Shown piece after piece: positions 53,001 through 61,815 of a stretch of 61,815 nt of DNA. The notes under the pieces were generated by a model, which was given only the letters and a program-made list of their open reading frames with translations, did not search any database and was not told the DNA's origin. The stretch's first letter is position 1, and each line of letters starts with the position of its first letter. This DNA comes from Candidatus Falkowbacteria bacterium. GTDB lineage: Bacteria > Patescibacteriota > Patescibacteriia > Patescibacteriales > UBA12465. Made by a program: the position numbers and the translations under genes. The stretch spans positions 1-61,815 of the forward strand of contig JAPLVZ010000008.1 in NCBI GenBank assembly GCA_026396805.1, written 5' to 3'.

Positions 53001-54448
53001 AAATAGTCCATATTGCCTCGGAAGTGGCGCCGTTTTCCAAGACCGGCGGCTTGGCCGATGTGACTCGCAGTTTGCCCAAGGCCCTAAAAAGATTAGGTCA
53101 TGAAGTCATTATTATTACTCCTCTTTACGGCCGGTTGATAGATAAGACCGCCAATAATTTAGGTTTAATGGCCGCTGACGTTAACTTGCATCTCAACAGC
53201 CAAGAAAGTATCAAGGTCAGCTATTGGCAAGGCTATTTGATGTCCGGTTTGCCGATTTATTTTGTGGACTGCCCGAAATTTTTTTCCCGGCATCGCCATA
53301 TTTACGGGTCAACCCATGAAAACGCCCGTTTCTTGGTTTTTAATGTCGCCGCTTTGAAATTATTATCGCTCTTGAAATTCTCGGCCGATATCATCCATTG
53401 TCATGATTGGCAGACTGGTTTGATTCCGTACTATCTGAAGACGGAGTTCCGTTATTCCAAGACTTTAGAGAAAGCGAAAACAGTTTTTACTATTCATAAT
53501 CTTATTTTTCAGTTGGGCCATAATTGGTGGGAAATTCCTGTCGCCGATAAAGATTATGGTCGCTCCCGTTTGCCGCATTTGTCTAACCCGACGCTGGAGA
53601 CTATCAATTTCGCCAAGCGCGCGATCTTGTCAGCCGACATTATCAATACGGTCAGCGAAACTTATCGCGAGGAGATAATGACTAAGAAATTCGGTCAAGA
53701 TTTGCATCGCATTTTAAAAAACCGCTCGGATCGTCTCTTCGGGATAATCAACGGCATTGATTATAACGCTTATAACCCGGAGCAAGACCAGACTTTGGCG
53801 AAGCGTTATTCTTTTTCTAATCCCGCGGCCAAAGCGGACAACAAAAAATACCTGCAGAAAACTATCGGTTTGCCGGTCAATTCCGATATTCCTATGCTTT
53901 GCACGACTTCGCGCGTCACTTTTCAAAAAGGTTTCGACGTTATCCTAAAAATTATTGATTCTCTTCTGCGGCTGGACGTCCAATTGGTATTTATGGGTGA
54001 CGGCAGCAAGGAATATATCGCGCCGATCAAGAAACTCCAGAAAAAGTATCCGACTAAGATCATCTGGCTTCCTTTCGATCAGCTGAAAGAGAACCTTCTC
54101 TATGCCGCCAGTGATTTTTTTCTGCTTCCTTCCAATCATGAGCCCTGTGGCATCAATCAGCTTATCGCGATGCGCTACGGTTGTATTCCCATTGTTCGAG
54201 AAATCGGCGGCCTGTATGATACCGTAGAAAATTTTAAGCCGGCGTTAAAAACCGGGGCCGGTTTCACTTTTAAGACCGACGATGAATTGGATTTTTACGC
54301 GACCATCGTCCGCGCTTTGGAAAGTTATCGGCATAAGTTCGTTTGGAACGCGCTGATTAGGCGAGCGATGAAGCGTTCCCATAGCTGGGAGATACCGGCC
54401 AAGAAATATTTGGAGCTTTATCAGAAGGTGCTTAAATATAAGAAATAA
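52985..54448 (+). CDS. glgA: Glycogen/starch synthase (GT5)
   Basis: KIVHIASEVAPFSKTGGLADV is at the N-terminus. The track ORF starts at 52964. I prefer the ATG at 52985. Confidence 0.9.
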   Translation: MPKKLKIVHIASEVAPFSKTGGLADVTRSLPKALKRLGHEVIIITPLYGRLIDKTANNLGLMAADVNLHLNSQESIKVSYWQGYLMSGLPIYFVDCPKFFSRHRHIYGSTHENARFLVFNVAALKLLSLLKFSADIIHCHDWQTGLIPYYLKTEFRYSKTLEKAKTVFTIHNLIFQLGHNWWEIPVADKDYGRSRLPHLSNPTLETINFAKRAILSADIINTVSETYREEIMTKKFGQDLHRILKNRSDRLFGIINGIDYNAYNPEQDQTLAKRYSFSNPAAKADNKKYLQKTIGLPVNSDIPMLCTTSRVTFQKGFDVILKIIDSLLRLDVQLVFMGDGSKEYIAPIKKLQKKYPTKIIWLPFDQLKENLLYAASDFFLLPSNHEPCGINQLIAMRYGCIPIVREIGGLYDTVENFKPALKTGAGFTFKTDDELDFYATIVRALESYRHKFVWNALIRRAMKRSHSWEIPAKKYLELYQKVLKYKK

Positions 54449-54465
54449 GAAGCTTATTAAAATTT

Positions 54466-55692
54466 ATGCTTTGGCTTAATTTTTTACATTTTTATCAGCC
54501 GGCGAACGCCGAATCTTACAGCCTTCATAAGGCGCTGACTAAGAGTTATTGGCGCTTGCTGCGCTTGATGGAGGAGCACCCGAACTTGCGCGCGACTTGG
54601 AATGTGAGCGGTTGTTTATTGGAGCGCCTGGCGGATGAAAAAGCCGATGCTTTTATAGATCGTTTGAAATTCTTAGTCAAAAAAGGACGGATTGAGTTAA
54701 CCGGTTCGGCCGCTTATCACGGTTTTTTGCCTCTTTTGCCGGAAGCGGAAGTTATTCGCCAGATAAGAATCAATGAAAAAATTTTAAGAAAGTATTTCGG
54801 CAAGAATTTCAAACCGGCCGGATTTTTTTTGCCGGAGATGGCTTATTCGCCGGCCCTGGCTAAACTGGTAAAACGCCTCGGCTATTCCTGGATTATTCTT
54901 GATGAAGTCGCTTATAGTGCCAAAAATTCGCGCCGAATAGAATCGGGGAAGATCTATCTTGACGCCGCCAGCGGATTAAAAGTCGTTTTTCGCGACCGAA
55001 TTATATCCAGCGCTTATCCGCCCGATAAGATTTGGCCGCTGGTTCAAAAAGAGCGGGTCGTTTTTAATAAGGAGAAGGGCGTTTCCAATCAGAGTAGAAA
55101 TAAAAATTCGGTCGTAATTTTAACCGCGACCGATGCCGAGCTTTATGGTTTGCGTCACGAAGATCCGACCGCGGAAATAGAAAAGATCGCTAAGGTAAAA
55201 AATTTGCCGAGCGCGACATTATCCGCTTTTATTTCTCTAGCCAAGGGCCGCCCGGAACCGGCGGAATTAAAATCTTCCTCTTGGGAATCAAGTCCGAAAG
55301 ACGTTGCCAGTAATCGGCCCTATCGTTTATGGTTGGACAAGAATAATAAGATTCAAGTCAATCTTTGGAGGCTCGCCAATCTGGCGCTTGACTTGGGCGT
55401 TAAATTCAAGAATGACAAGAATTTCTATTGGTACCGCTGGCACCTGGTTCGCGGACTGGCGAGTTGCACTTTTTGGTGGGCGAGCGCTCATGATTTTTCC
55501 AAGATTTACGGTCCCTACGCCTGGAGCCCTGATGAAATTGAGCGCGGTTTGGAAGATTTAATCCGTTCCGTCCGCTCTTTCGCCGATTTAAAAACTAAGA
55601 AAAGGAAATTGGAGGCGGAAGCTTATTATCTGAAGATAAAAAAATTAATTTGGGAAAGCCATTGGAAGAAACATTGGCAAAAAACCGTATGA
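54466..55692 (+). CDS. Glycoside hydrolase family 57 protein
   Basis: 408 aa with GH57-like conserved regions FLHFYQP, GRIELTGSAAYH, FFLPEMAY and TDAELYG. Confidence 0.75.
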   Translation: MLWLNFLHFYQPANAESYSLHKALTKSYWRLLRLMEEHPNLRATWNVSGCLLERLADEKADAFIDRLKFLVKKGRIELTGSAAYHGFLPLLPEAEVIRQIRINEKILRKYFGKNFKPAGFFLPEMAYSPALAKLVKRLGYSWIILDEVAYSAKNSRRIESGKIYLDAASGLKVVFRDRIISSAYPPDKIWPLVQKERVVFNKEKGVSNQSRNKNSVVILTATDAELYGLRHEDPTAEIEKIAKVKNLPSATLSAFISLAKGRPEPAELKSSSWESSPKDVASNRPYRLWLDKNNKIQVNLWRLANLALDLGVKFKNDKNFYWYRWHLVRGLASCTFWWASAHDFSKIYGPYAWSPDEIERGLEDLIRSVRSFADLKTKKRKLEAEAYYLKIKKLIWESHWKKHWQKTV

Positions 55693-56711
55693 ACAAGATT
55701 TTGCGATTGTTTGACGAAGCTTACGTCGTCAAGTTATTCAGGAAAGAAGTTTTGCCTCATTACCCTTCTTTCAGCGACATTAAAAGAGTAGTGATTAGGC
55801 CGTATAAAGAGCTGGTTTGGGAAACGACCTATCACGTCGTTATCAGCTTCACGGCTTATTTCGCTAAAGCCGACGGTACGGAAGACAAAATTCCGATTGT
55901 TTGCTCGGCGCATAGCAGCGAAGAACGGGAGAATGTTTATCTGGCGCTCAAATATCTCTGGGCGGCCGGTTTCCCCAGCGAGACAATCGATATCCCCGAT
56001 CCTTTATTTTACTCACCTTATTTCCGCGGCACTTTTTATCGCGGCTTGAAAGGCGAAAATCTTTTGTCTTATATCAAGAATAAGGACTTTGCGACTGTGG
56101 AAAAAATTGTTATTGCCAGCGCTCGGTTATTCGCCCGCCTGCACGCCTTGCCGGGCGACGCTCGGGCCAACTTTAATCCCATTAATTCCCGGATCAGGAC
56201 GGTCGTTCCCGGATCGGAAAATATCATCAAGGAAATCGCGAGCCGTTTCCCGGATAAATATGACCTTGATTTGCGCCGAATTTACGCCCTTTTTATTGAA
56301 AAAGAAGAAGCTTATTTTCAGGGCGGCGGCCAGCTGTCTCTCATCCACGGCGACGCTCATCCGGAAAACATTATCCAAACTTCAGCAAATAGAGTCGGGC
56401 TGATTGATTTTACCGATTTATGTTTGGGGGATTTGGCCCGTGACCTGGGTTCTTTTTCGCAGCAACTAGAATATAAGATTTTAAGGAAAGCCAGCGACGC
56501 CGCTTCCGCCCGGGCCATGAAAAAATTATTTTTGGACACTTATTTGGCGGCTTCCGGTTTGACTCTGACCGGCGATCTGCAGGCGCGAATCGATTTGTAT
56601 TATAATTGGACGGCTGTCCGGACGGCGACCTATTGGCTTTTGAAGTTTGATCATGATGAAAACGCCGCCATTGGACTGATCAGGCAAGTTAAAGCTAATT
56701 TAAAATTATAA
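55689..56711 (+). CDS. Aminoglycoside-phosphotransferase-fold kinase (possible sugar/maltose kinase)
   Basis: It has the catalytic loop HGDAHPENI and IDFTDL. Its start overlaps the GH57 stop (ATGA). The track ORF starts at 55650. Confidence 0.65.
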   Translation: MNKILRLFDEAYVVKLFRKEVLPHYPSFSDIKRVVIRPYKELVWETTYHVVISFTAYFAKADGTEDKIPIVCSAHSSEERENVYLALKYLWAAGFPSETIDIPDPLFYSPYFRGTFYRGLKGENLLSYIKNKDFATVEKIVIASARLFARLHALPGDARANFNPINSRIRTVVPGSENIIKEIASRFPDKYDLDLRRIYALFIEKEEAYFQGGGQLSLIHGDAHPENIIQTSANRVGLIDFTDLCLGDLARDLGSFSQQLEYKILRKASDAASARAMKKLFLDTYLAASGLTLTGDLQARIDLYYNWTAVRTATYWLLKFDHDENAAIGLIRQVKANLKL

Positions 56712-56714
56712 TTT

Positions 56715-57746
56715 ATGTGGTCCAGACCGAGGTCAATCGCGCATATCCATGTTTGGGACAAAAGCAATAAAGGTGATTTAGGGATAGTCCTGGCGGTTCA
56801 AGAACAGCTTCGAGCCGCATATCCCGGCGTTAAAATAATAGATTTTCCGATTGAAGTCCTGAAAAAATTCAATCGCCGGCGAGCGGCGGCGATTAATCGG
56901 GCCGATCTGGTTATCTTTGGCGGCGGCGGCGTTTTTTACCGTTATTTTTTGCCTTTTTCCGGCGAAATGATTAAAGCGATTAAGATTCCCCTGGTAATTT
57001 ACGGCGTCGGGTATATCCGTGAAGTCGGAGCCCCGGCTTTGTCTAAGAAAGAGCGCGCCAGCCTGGTCACTCTGGTGAAACAAGCTCGGCTCGTCGGTGT
57101 CCGGGAAAATTATACCAAAACGTTTCTGGTCAGACAGGGGATTCTCGCCGCAAAAATTAAAGTTATCGGCGATCCGGCTTTTTGTCTGAAAGAAATAAAA
57201 CCCGATAAAATCCCATCCGGTTTTAAATTGGGGTTGAATTTAAATTATTCCGGCTGGCTCGGTTTCGGCCGATGGGAGGAAGATATCTTGAAAGCCTATC
57301 GCGCCACCGCGGAATTTTTTCAAAATAAATATGACGCCCAAGTTTATTATCTTCAGCATCACCCCGGCGAAAAGAAAATCTATCCGAAATTGAAAATTAA
57401 GAATCTAAAAATCATTGATCTGAAACCGGCGGCGCAAAAGGGGTTTTACGGCACCTTAGATTTAGTTATCGGCATGATGCTTCATTCCTGTGTCCTGGCC
57501 GCCGGCGCCTTGACGCCGGAAATCAATGTCGCTTATGATTTACGCAATCGCAATTTCGCGCGTTTTATCGGTTGTCCGGAACTGGTCGTGGAACTGGCTG
57601 ATTTAAAATCAGGCGGGTTGTTGAAAAAAGCCCGGACCATCGTCAAAAATCGCGCCGTTTATCGGCAGAAATTTGCGACCGTCAAGAAACGTATCAAGTT
57701 GGCTTCAACCGCTTTGCTGGTTCAAACTCAGAAGCTTATTAATTAA
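56715..57746 (+). CDS. Polysaccharide pyruvyl transferase family protein
   Basis: 343 aa with the N-terminal NKGDLGI motif and a GGGG loop. It starts 3 nt after the kinase stop. Confidence 0.6.
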   Translation: MWSRPRSIAHIHVWDKSNKGDLGIVLAVQEQLRAAYPGVKIIDFPIEVLKKFNRRRAAAINRADLVIFGGGGVFYRYFLPFSGEMIKAIKIPLVIYGVGYIREVGAPALSKKERASLVTLVKQARLVGVRENYTKTFLVRQGILAAKIKVIGDPAFCLKEIKPDKIPSGFKLGLNLNYSGWLGFGRWEEDILKAYRATAEFFQNKYDAQVYYLQHHPGEKKIYPKLKIKNLKIIDLKPAAQKGFYGTLDLVIGMMLHSCVLAAGALTPEINVAYDLRNRNFARFIGCPELVVELADLKSGGLLKKARTIVKNRAVYRQKFATVKKRIKLASTALLVQTQKLIN

Positions 57747-57779
57747 GATAAATAAAAAAATTAAATTAATCTTGTTAAT

Positions 57780-58805
57780 ATGATAAGCGCTCAACCTAAT
57801 TCCCGCCCCAAGATTTCCGGATTACTCCCGGTCATCGCCGCTTTTACCGGTAACGCCGTCGTCTGTATAGCGAAGTTTTTCGGTTTTGCCGTTACCGGAT
57901 CGGGCGCGATGTTTTCTGAAGCCATTCATAGTTTAGCCGATACCGCCAATCAATCATTGCTGATTATCGGCGTCAGTAAATCGGTGAAGAAGGCGGATGA
58001 AGAATATCCTTACGGCTACGGTAAAGAACGTTTTATTTGGGCGTTAATTTCGGCTTGCGGCATCTTCTTTGTTGGTTGCGGCGTAACGATTTATCATGGC
58101 GTTAACTCTTTGACGGGCGGATCGGAAACTCATTTCAATTCCTTGAATCTTTATATTTTATTAATCGCTTTCGTTATTGAATCGTTGACGCTCTGGTTGG
58201 CTATCCGCGATTTAAAAAAACACTTTCCCGACGAGAAGCTGGGCAAGATAATTTCGCTCGCCGATCCGACGACTTTAGCCGTGGTTTATGAAGACGGCTT
58301 AGCCGTCATCGGCGTTTTTATCGCTTTCTCAAGTATCATCCTGGCTTATCTGACCGGACAAGCTTATTGGGATGCTATCGGTTCCATTATTATCGGCTTA
58401 TTACTAGGAGCCGCCGCCATCCTGCTCATCGCCAAGAATCGCAACTATCTCATTACTAAATCTATACCGAAAGAAATTGAAGAGCTGATCATTGATATCT
58501 TAAATAACGATCCGACCGTGGAAAAGGTCTTGGATTTCAAATCGGCTATTTTAGATGTGGATAAATATTTAATCAAATGCGATATTGAATTCAACGCCGC
58601 TTCTTTAATCAAGGAATTATCCAAGCATCATTTCCTGGAGAACGAATACGAAGAAGTTAAAGAAAGCTATGAAAATTTCATGAAGTTTTCCGTGGACTAT
58701 ATGGATAGAGTGCCGCGTTTAGTCGGCCGGAAGATCGACGAACTGGAAAAAAAGATTCGCGCCCAAGTCCCGCAGGCGATTTTTATTGACATTGAAATAA
58801 ATTAG
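57780..58805 (+). CDS. Cation diffusion facilitator family transporter
   Basis: 341 aa with six TM helices, HSLADTANQ in TM2, and a C-terminal cytoplasmic domain. Confidence 0.85.
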   Translation: MISAQPNSRPKISGLLPVIAAFTGNAVVCIAKFFGFAVTGSGAMFSEAIHSLADTANQSLLIIGVSKSVKKADEEYPYGYGKERFIWALISACGIFFVGCGVTIYHGVNSLTGGSETHFNSLNLYILLIAFVIESLTLWLAIRDLKKHFPDEKLGKIISLADPTTLAVVYEDGLAVIGVFIAFSSIILAYLTGQAYWDAIGSIIIGLLLGAAAILLIAKNRNYLITKSIPKEIEELIIDILNNDPTVEKVLDFKSAILDVDKYLIKCDIEFNAASLIKELSKHHFLENEYEEVKESYENFMKFSVDYMDRVPRLVGRKIDELEKKIRAQVPQAIFIDIEIN

Positions 58806-58897
58806 CGGTCAAACGTCTCCGCTCGGTTTAAACTGCGCTTTTTAATTGGTTTCAGCTATGATATAATAGGATTATTAGTAATCATAATTTTTCCAGT

Positions 58898-61537
58898 ATG
58901 GGTCGCAAAAAGAAAAACTCCAATCCGTTTGACTATATCGCTCTGCCGAAATTCAATCTGGACGATAAAGCTAAGCGCAGCATCGTTATTGTCTTCCTGT
59001 TGGTTTTCGGTCTGGTCAGCTTTTTGGGTCTATTCAATTTATCCGGGCATTTCGGCCTCTTTATTTCCAAATGGCTGACGCTTATTTTCGGTTTTGGCAA
59101 ATGGCTCGCGCCTTTGATTTTATTATATTGGGCGCTGATTCTAATCCGCCAGGCTAAGAAGCCTTTAAAATTTACTGATTATCTCGGCTTGCTCCTTCTC
59201 TTCGCTTCTTATCAGACTTTATTTCATTTTTTTATTTCACCTCTGCAGTGGAAGAGTTCCGTGCTGGAAGGGGTCGGCGGCGGTTATGTCGGCTTATATT
59301 TAAGCCAGCTATTTTTTTATATCTTCGGTTTTTGGGGAAGCGTCTTAGTTTTAATCGCCTTATTGCTTATAGCTTTAGTGTTGGTCTTTAACACTTCTTT
59401 GGGCCGGATTATCGGGCGGGAAAGCTTGTTCGCGAAAATTTTTCATCCGATTGGTCTTTTTTTCCGAAGTCTTTTTTGGACGTCGGCCGAGGAGGAGGAA
59501 AATGAGAGCCGGAAATTGATTAGTGACGCACGGGAAGAAGTTTTAAACGCCTGGCAGAGAAAAGAAATACCGGCGAAACTGGAAAAAATCGAGGCCGAAG
59601 ACGAGAGCGACGAAATTGTCAGCCCGAGCGTTAAGAAAGAAGGGAAGAAGATCCAAGAAAAAATCGTCTGGCCGAAGCGGTCGATCAAAATCGACATGCC
59701 TCTGGAATTATTGAATAATAAATCTAGCAAGGCTATCGGCGGCGACACGGAACTGAACGCTCAAAAAATAAAGAAAACCCTGGCCAAGTTCGGTATTGAA
59801 GTGGAAATGGGAGAAACCAAAGTCGGCCCGACCGTGACTCAATATACTTTCCGTCCGGTTGAAGGCGTTAAATTATCGCGCATCACTACTTTAAATAACG
59901 ATTTATCTTTGGCGCTGGCGGCTCATCCGATTAGAATTGAAGCGCCTATTCCGGGGAAATCCTTAGTCGGCGTTGAAGTCCCGAATAAAGCGAAAGCCAT
60001 CGTGGGTTTAAGGGAAATTTTAGAAGATGAAACTTTTAAGGCGCGAAAGAATAATCTGTCTATCGCGCTCGGTAAAGACGTAGCCGGTACGGCCTGGCTG
60101 TATGATTTGTCGAAAATGCCTCATCTCTTAGTGGCCGGCGCGACCAATTCCGGTAAATCTGTCTGCTTGAACGCGATTATTGTCAGTCTTTTATATCAGA
60201 ATAATCCGGATGACTTGCGTTTTATCATGGTCGATCCCAAACGCGTGGAACTCCCGACTTATAACGGCATTCCCCATTTGCTTACTCCGGTTATCACCGA
60301 TGTCAATAAAACCATTAACGCGTTGAAATGGTGCTTGAATGAAATGGAGCGCCGTTATGATGTTTTAAATAAATCCGGCAAAAGAAATATCCAGTCTTAT
60401 AACGCGAGTAATTCGGAGAAGATGCCTTATATCGTCTTTATCATCGATGAGCTGGCCGATTTCATGATGACAGCGGGTAAAGATATGGAGGCGGCGGTTA
60501 TTCGTTTAGCGCAGATGTCCAGAGCAATCGGCATCCATCTTATTTTGGCGACACAGCGTCCGAGCGTTGATGTCATTACCGGTTTAATCAAAGCGAACAT
60601 CACGACGCGCATCGCTTTTTCCGTCGCCTCCTTGGTGGATTCTAAGACCATTCTGGATTCGTCCGGAGCGGAAAAATTATTAGGGCAGGGCGACATGTTG
60701 TTCATGTCCGCGGAATTTTCCAAACCGAAACGTATCCAGGGAGCTTATTTAAGCGATGAAGAAATTAACGATGTCGTTAATTATATTAAGGATAAGAGCG
60801 GAGCGGCGGAATATCTGGAAGGAGTCACCGAACGCCAGAAAGTCGGCGGTAATGCCGGCGTCGGTTTGGATGGCAATCACGGCGACGAAGATGAACTGTT
60901 TGAAGAAGCGAAAGAAATCATTATTCGAGCCGGCAAAGCCTCAACCTCGATGCTTCAGCGTCGTTTATCAATCGGTTATGGCCGGGCGGCCAAGATTTTG
61001 GATATGCTGGAAGAAGCGGGAATCATCGGTCCGTCTAACGGCGCCAAACCGCGTGAAGTGATGATCAGTCAAGAGCAATATGAATTTATGGGCGGCAGCG
61101 ATATTATCGGAATCCCGATACATAATCGCGCCGAGGCGAGTGCGCCGGACAGTTATTTAGAGGATGAAGAAGATAGCGGTCTGGTTTTTAAGAACGGCGA
61201 AATGGAGGATGAAGAGGGAACATCAGAAGATGAGACAAAAAATGAAATTAATGGTTCTGAAGATGAGCCGGAAGCGGGAGATGAATCGGATAAAGATATG
61301 CCCACGGCTGAAGACGAAGATACCGGCGAAGAGGCGGACTCTAGTGAAGAGGAGGAAACTAAAGCGGAAGCGGAATTAAGACTGACTCCAGACGAGGAAG
61401 ATAAAGCGATTAATGATGAAGACGAAATTTTAGAAAAAATCAGAGCCGATAAGAAGGTCATTAAATCCAAAGAAGAAAAAACCGGCGGCGGCAGCCGTCC
61501 GTTTGAGGACGACGACGAAATGTTTTTCTCGAAATAG
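58898..61537 (+). CDS. ftsK: DNA translocase FtsK/SpoIIIE with an acidic C-terminal extension
   Basis: 879 aa with N-terminal TM helices, motor motifs GATNSGKS and IIDELAD, and the gamma winged helix SMLQRRLSIGYGRAAKILDMLE. A D/E-rich tail of about 155 aa follows. Confidence 0.93.
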   Translation: MGRKKKNSNPFDYIALPKFNLDDKAKRSIVIVFLLVFGLVSFLGLFNLSGHFGLFISKWLTLIFGFGKWLAPLILLYWALILIRQAKKPLKFTDYLGLLLLFASYQTLFHFFISPLQWKSSVLEGVGGGYVGLYLSQLFFYIFGFWGSVLVLIALLLIALVLVFNTSLGRIIGRESLFAKIFHPIGLFFRSLFWTSAEEEENESRKLISDAREEVLNAWQRKEIPAKLEKIEAEDESDEIVSPSVKKEGKKIQEKIVWPKRSIKIDMPLELLNNKSSKAIGGDTELNAQKIKKTLAKFGIEVEMGETKVGPTVTQYTFRPVEGVKLSRITTLNNDLSLALAAHPIRIEAPIPGKSLVGVEVPNKAKAIVGLREILEDETFKARKNNLSIALGKDVAGTAWLYDLSKMPHLLVAGATNSGKSVCLNAIIVSLLYQNNPDDLRFIMVDPKRVELPTYNGIPHLLTPVITDVNKTINALKWCLNEMERRYDVLNKSGKRNIQSYNASNSEKMPYIVFIIDELADFMMTAGKDMEAAVIRLAQMSRAIGIHLILATQRPSVDVITGLIKANITTRIAFSVASLVDSKTILDSSGAEKLLGQGDMLFMSAEFSKPKRIQGAYLSDEEINDVVNYIKDKSGAAEYLEGVTERQKVGGNAGVGLDGNHGDEDELFEEAKEIIIRAGKASTSMLQRRLSIGYGRAAKILDMLEEAGIIGPSNGAKPREVMISQEQYEFMGGSDIIGIPIHNRAEASAPDSYLEDEEDSGLVFKNGEMEDEEGTSEDETKNEINGSEDEPEAGDESDKDMPTAEDEDTGEEADSSEEEETKAEAELRLTPDEEDKAINDEDEILEKIRADKKVIKSKEEKTGGGSRPFEDDDEMFFSK

Positions 61538-61555
61538 AATATAGTTCCAGAAAAT

Positions 61556-61594
61556 AAAAAAGTCCGGATCAATATATTTGATTCGGACTTTTTT
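61556..61594 (+). terminator. Intrinsic terminator after ftsK
   Basis: AAAAAGTCCGGATCA-(loop)-TGATTCGGACTTTTT with one G-U pair. Confidence 0.75.
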
Positions 61595-61815
61595 AAAAAC
61601 TTTTACCTATTTAAAACCCATTTCTAATTTTATTTAGTAATTATAAATAAAAAAGCGGAAGTATTAAACAACCATGCACTCGTCCATGACATAATTAACA
61701 CACCCCCCTGACTAATATGGCAAATTGGAGTAATATCTTCGGATTAAGCAATAAATCCGAAGATATGATACAAACCAGGGCGGAGATTAAGTTCAATCCA
61801 TACCGATACCATTTG

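Noticed and set aside
61733-61815. A perfect 13-bp inverted repeat (ATATCTTCGGATT ... AATCCGAAGATAT), and a possible 3' end of a minus-strand gene running off the window
   Set aside because: A 23-codon minus-strand frame ends at 61746-61744 inside the hairpin. The gene body lies outside the window and there is no U-tract, so neither a CDS nor a terminator can be called.

Overview
This is a gene-dense, AT-leaning bacterial chromosome segment. I infer a Patescibacteria/CPR-type genome from the intron-split 23S rRNA, an archaeal-type UMP kinase, low-complexity tails on housekeeping proteins, seven of nine intact tRNAs lacking an encoded CCA, and weak or absent Shine-Dalgarno sites. The window opens inside a 23S rRNA gene that three group I introns interrupt at the E. 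coli-equivalent sites L1917, L1951 and L2593. Two of the introns carry single-motif LAGLIDADG homing endonuclease genes. A 5S rRNA follows.

The core genome encodes:
- Envelope precursor genes: glmM, a GlmU-like gene, murI, murD, a MurF-like gene and ddl.
- DNA metabolism: an EndoQ-like gene, recA, holA, polA, ruvC and ftsK.
- RNA and translation: rny, infB, rbfA, an NrnA-like gene, trmD, rpsP, a KH protein, pnp, rpsO and rpsT.
- An alpha-glucan cluster: glgA, GH57, an APH-type kinase and a pyruvyl transferase.
- Nine intact tRNA genes and one IS200-type tnpA element.

Three visibly AT-richer accessory patches each sit next to tRNA genes:
- 11.0-12.6 kb holds a free-standing HTH/LAGLIDADG-like ORF and a duplicated tRNA fragment.
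- 27.9-31.2 kb holds a HEPN/MNT toxin-antitoxin cassette bracketed by a 64-bp direct repeat of the tRNA-Pro 3' part, next to a large repeat protein.
- 42.05-47.9 kb abuts tRNA-Ala. It holds a MerR-HTH::GHKL-ATPase + STAS-like gene pair, an XRE-Panacea(DUF4065)/MazF module, a SleB-like wall hydrolase, and a membrane protein gene with an in-frame stop.

The MerR-GHKL + STAS-like pair is my best candidate for an uncharacterised system. Other unexplained structure is a ~1 kb nearly ORF-free gap upstream of polA that carries tandem and inverted repeats, and a ~105-nt GC-rich hairpin element upstream of adk. All calls come from reading the sequence and ORF translations. No database search was run.
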